Source: an uncultured Candidatus Saccharibacteria bacterium (GTDB lineage: Bacteria; Patescibacteriota; Minisyncoccia; Phycocordibacterales; Zambryskibacteraceae). Taken from it: a stretch of 46,380 bases of DNA. The position numbers and the translations under genes are program-made. Location of the stretch: contig CAYUOR010000004.1 in NCBI GenBank assembly GCA_964446535.1, positions 1 through 46,380 of the forward strand, given 5' to 3'. Shown piece by piece: positions 43,913-46,380 of this stretch; the stretch's first letter is position 1; the number at the start of each line of letters is the position of its first letter. The notes under the pieces are model-generated. The model saw only the letters and a program-made list of their open reading frames with translations, had not been told where the DNA came from and did no database searches.

Positions 43913-45904
43913 TTAAATATCCAGAACAGCTTTCTTAGCATTCGATTGTATGAAAGATTTTCTAGAAGGAACATCGGTGCCCATAAGCACATCAAATATC
44001 CTGTCCGCTTCCCTGCCATCTTCAACAGTTACTTTTTTCAATATGCGAGCAGCGGGATTCATAGTAGTTTCCCAAAGTTCTTCGGCATTCATTTCCCCTA
44101 AACCTTTATAACGCTGAATATCACTACCTTCTTTTGCTTTTGAATTCTTCTCTTTATCAGAATAAGCATAGAAGATTTCCTTACCATTTTTAATTTTATA
44201 AAGTGGTGGCTGGGCGATGTAGACGAACCCCGAATCTATAAGAGGTCTGAAGAATCTATAGAGCAGTGTTAGAAGCAGAGTTCTAATGTGTGCGCCGTCG
44301 ACATCAGCATCTGTAGCAATAATGATTTTATGGTATCTAAGTTTCGTTATATCAAAGGTGTCACCTATGGCTGTGCCGAAAGCAACTACAAGATTTTTAA
44401 TCTGCTCACTTGCAAGCATTTTATCCAGGCGTGCCCGCTCTATGTTTAATATTTTTCCACGAAGCGGCAAGATAGCCTGGATACGTCTGTCCCTTCCTTG
44501 TTTAGCTGTGCCACCGGCTGAATCCCCCTCAACTATGAAAAGTTCTGACTCTTCAGCGGAGCGTGACTGACAATCCGCAAGTTTTCCAGGCAAGGTCATA
44601 CCTTCTAGCGCCCCCTTACGCAACACGGAATCTTTAGCGGCCTTAGCGGCCTTCCTTGCTTTAAGTGCCAGAACCACTTTCTGGATAATAGCTTTTGCAT
44701 CATCTGGATTTTCTTCTAAGAAGGCGGCGAAAGCATCTCCAAAAATGCTTGTAACCATACTCTGTGCTTCAACAGAACCCAACTTACTCTTCGTCTGACC
44801 CTCAAATTGAATTTCCCTTAGTTTTACAGAGATTACGGCGGTTAGCCCCTCTAGCACATCATCGCCAGTAAAATTATCTTCCTTCTCGTTTACGAGATTA
44901 TTTTTTCTCGCGTAGGTATTGAGACTACGCGTGAGAGCCGTTTTAAAACCGGTCACATGCGTACCGCCTTCGCTAGTGTAAATGTTATTGGCAAACGGCA
45001 AGACGCGAGCCGAAATATCGTCAACATACTGAAGGGCTACTTCTACAGTTTCAAACTCATTTTTACCAGCTATTTTCTCTACGTAGAAAATATTTTTATG
45101 TATCGGTTTAGAATGTTCGTTCTCAAACCGAACGAGAGAAACCAGCCCCCCCTCAAAACAAAAAGACATTGAGGGCACGTCAAGCCCAAGCTCTCTAAGG
45201 TAAAAAACGCTACCGTCTCCCAGCTTTTTAATATCCGAAGGACTAAACTTAACGTTACTAGCATTAAGTACAGAGATTCTCAAACCTTTTACAAGATAAG
45301 CTTGCTGGCGAACGTGATTTGCTATCCGTTCAAAGACAAAATTTATATCAGGGAAAATGGCATCATCCGGTTTAAAGGTGATAATAGTGCCGTGAAGCTT
45401 AGAGCTGCCTATTTTTTTGACTGCAGCCTTCCTTTTTCCCTGGCTGTATTCCTGCATGAAAATACCGCCGTCACGATGCACTTCTGCTCGGCAGTAGATA
45501 GAAAGAGCGTTAACGACCGAACCGCCGACACCATGGAGCCCTCCGGAAACCTTGTATCCCTCTCCCCCGAACTTGCCTCCGGCATGCAGTGTCGTCATGA
45601 TAGTTTCAAGCGCGGAGACCTTGGTCTGCTTGTGCGTATCAACTGGAATACCACGACCGTTGTCTGTTACTCGTATCATGTTTTCAGGCAGAAGGGCAAT
45701 TTCTATATCATTGGCAAACCCCCCCATCGCCTCGTCTCGCGAGTTGTCAAAAATTTCGGTAACTAGGTGATGTAGACCGTCTGGACCCGTCGTTCCTATA
45801 TACATCCCTGGGCGTTTCCTGACTGGCTCTAAACCCTCAAGAACAGTAATAGATTCAGCGCTATAGGAACTCCCGGCCTTTCTTGGTTTATCGGCTTTCG
45901 GCAT
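43913..45904 (-). CDS. gyrB: DNA gyrase subunit B
   Basis: LEGLEPVRKRPGMYIG, LHAGGKF, SGGLHGVG, VEGDSAGG, LPLRGKILN, TDADVDG, QRYKGLGEM; start set at MPKA 45904. Confidence 0.97.
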   Translation of the reverse strand: MPKADKPRKAGSSYSAESITVLEGLEPVRKRPGMYIGTTGPDGLHHLVTEIFDNSRDEAMGGFANDIEIALLPENMIRVTDNGRGIPVDTHKQTKVSALETIMTTLHAGGKFGGEGYKVSGGLHGVGGSVVNALSIYCRAEVHRDGGIFMQEYSQGKRKAAVKKIGSSKLHGTIITFKPDDAIFPDINFVFERIANHVRQQAYLVKGLRISVLNASNVKFSPSDIKKLGDGSVFYLRELGLDVPSMSFCFEGGLVSLVRFENEHSKPIHKNIFYVEKIAGKNEFETVEVALQYVDDISARVLPFANNIYTSEGGTHVTGFKTALTRSLNTYARKNNLVNEKEDNFTGDDVLEGLTAVISVKLREIQFEGQTKSKLGSVEAQSMVTSIFGDAFAAFLEENPDDAKAIIQKVVLALKARKAAKAAKDSVLRKGALEGMTLPGKLADCQSRSAEESELFIVEGDSAGGTAKQGRDRRIQAILPLRGKILNIERARLDKMLASEQIKNLVVAFGTAIGDTFDITKLRYHKIIIATDADVDGAHIRTLLLTLLYRFFRPLIDSGFVYIAQPPLYKIKNGKEIFYAYSDKEKNSKAKEGSDIQRYKGLGEMNAEELWETTMNPAARILKKVTVEDGREADRIFDVLMGTDVPSRKSFIQSNAKKAVLDI

Positions 45905-45963
45905 GCGTGTTTGTACACCCCATTTTACCAAAATAGGGGCTTAAAAGAAAGCTCTTTTAGCCC

Positions 45964-46380
45964 TTAAACGAGTCGTATTTTAGCCCCAAAATCAGCCTCA
46001 GTTTTCTTCTCTAACCTTTCATGCAATTCGCGGACTTCGGCATTTGTAAGTGTTCTTAGAAGACTTCTATACGTGACGCGGAAAGTATAGCTCATCTTGT
46101 CTTCTCCAAATTTTTTTGCATCTTCATACTTATCCAAAAGCTCGACCTCTTCGACAATTTCTTCAAATAGGTCACGAATAAGGTCAAAAAAATTGTTCGG
46201 TATAAAACTCTTGTCCACGACAAAAGAAATGTCTCGGACTACCGGTGGAAACTTTGAAACTTCTTTGAACTTTTCACCAAGCTTTAATTGTTTTGTTACT
46301 CTTGGGTCTTTGGACCAGAGTAATCGAATGTCGGGAAGGTCCATAGAAGCGATGGCTAGACGCTCAATACCAAAACCGAA
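45964..46380 (-). CDS. pheS: phenylalanine--tRNA ligase, 3' end (partial); motif 3 fused to FDX-ACB domain (single-chain type)
   Basis: From the window edge: FGFGIERLAIASMDLPDIRLLWSKDPR...VSKFPPVVRDISFV...SYTFRVTYRSLLRTLT..EV...H. Confidence 0.9.
   Translation of the reverse strand, partial: FGFGIERLAIASMDLPDIRLLWSKDPRVTKQLKLGEKFKEVSKFPPVVRDISFVVDKSFIPNNFFDLIRDLFEEIVEEVELLDKYEDAKKFGEDKMSYTFRVTYRSLLRTLTNAEVRELHERLEKKTEADFGAKIRLV

Noticed and set aside
743-45770. Many antisense or out-of-frame ORFs in the track (e.g. 743-1048, 3568-4101, 4647-5000, 14437-14958, 27250-27834, 39516-39983, 40635-41045, 45302-45766)
   Set aside because: They shadow genes with clear family motifs, have no recognisable motifs, and lack expression signals.
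16805-45931. Longest-ORF starts at 6386, 7568, 16805, 20599, 24272, 38272, 43349, 43776 and 45931
   Set aside because: Downstream ATGs fit family N-termini and/or the -10-to-start spacing better, and avoid long overlaps.
1-46380. CRISPR array, IS element, integrase or prophage
   Set aside because: No regularly spaced repeats with unique spacers; the 29-bp repeat has three copies with 0.3- and 2.9-kb gaps. No transposase, integrase or virion gene motifs.

Overview
Gene-dense bacterial chromosomal window using the standard code (TGA is a stop). The compact operons, gene content, shortened housekeeping proteins and leaderless-looking starts suggest a reduced-genome Patescibacteria/Parcubacteria (CPR) organism; this is inference. 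Core genes: the 3' end of rpoA, then rplQ-rplM-rpsI-grpE-dnaK-dnaJ; trpS, aspS, scpAB, a D,D-carboxypeptidase, mraY, ftsW, murG, gltX, rpmA, rplI, ctpA, cysS, dnaB, recR, rplU, rmuC, class II RNR, tRNA-Glu(CUC), nirK, mraZ-rsmH-ftsL-ftsI, gyrB, and the 3' end of a PheRS with the architecture of single-chain mitochondrial-type enzymes. There are two accessory regions, about 4.6-13.3 kb and 36.1-40.4 kb. The strongest leads are: (1) a ~525-nt promoter- and terminator-bounded, highly base-paired transcript with no usable ORF, divergent from tRNA-Glu (36084-36610, minus), a candidate large ncRNA; (2) a secreted lipase followed by an array of orphan C-terminal tails and small membrane genes, punctuated by a palindromic repeat (ATTCGCGCGAAT core); (3) an unannotated 39-aa acidic peptide with its own promoter, perfect SD and terminator; (4) a lysozyme-like gene with a structured leader, a uORF and no canonical start; (5) a split between leaderless core genes and SD-plus-terminator accessory cassettes. 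No CRISPR array, rRNA, integrase or transposase was seen. All alignments and folds were done by eye.
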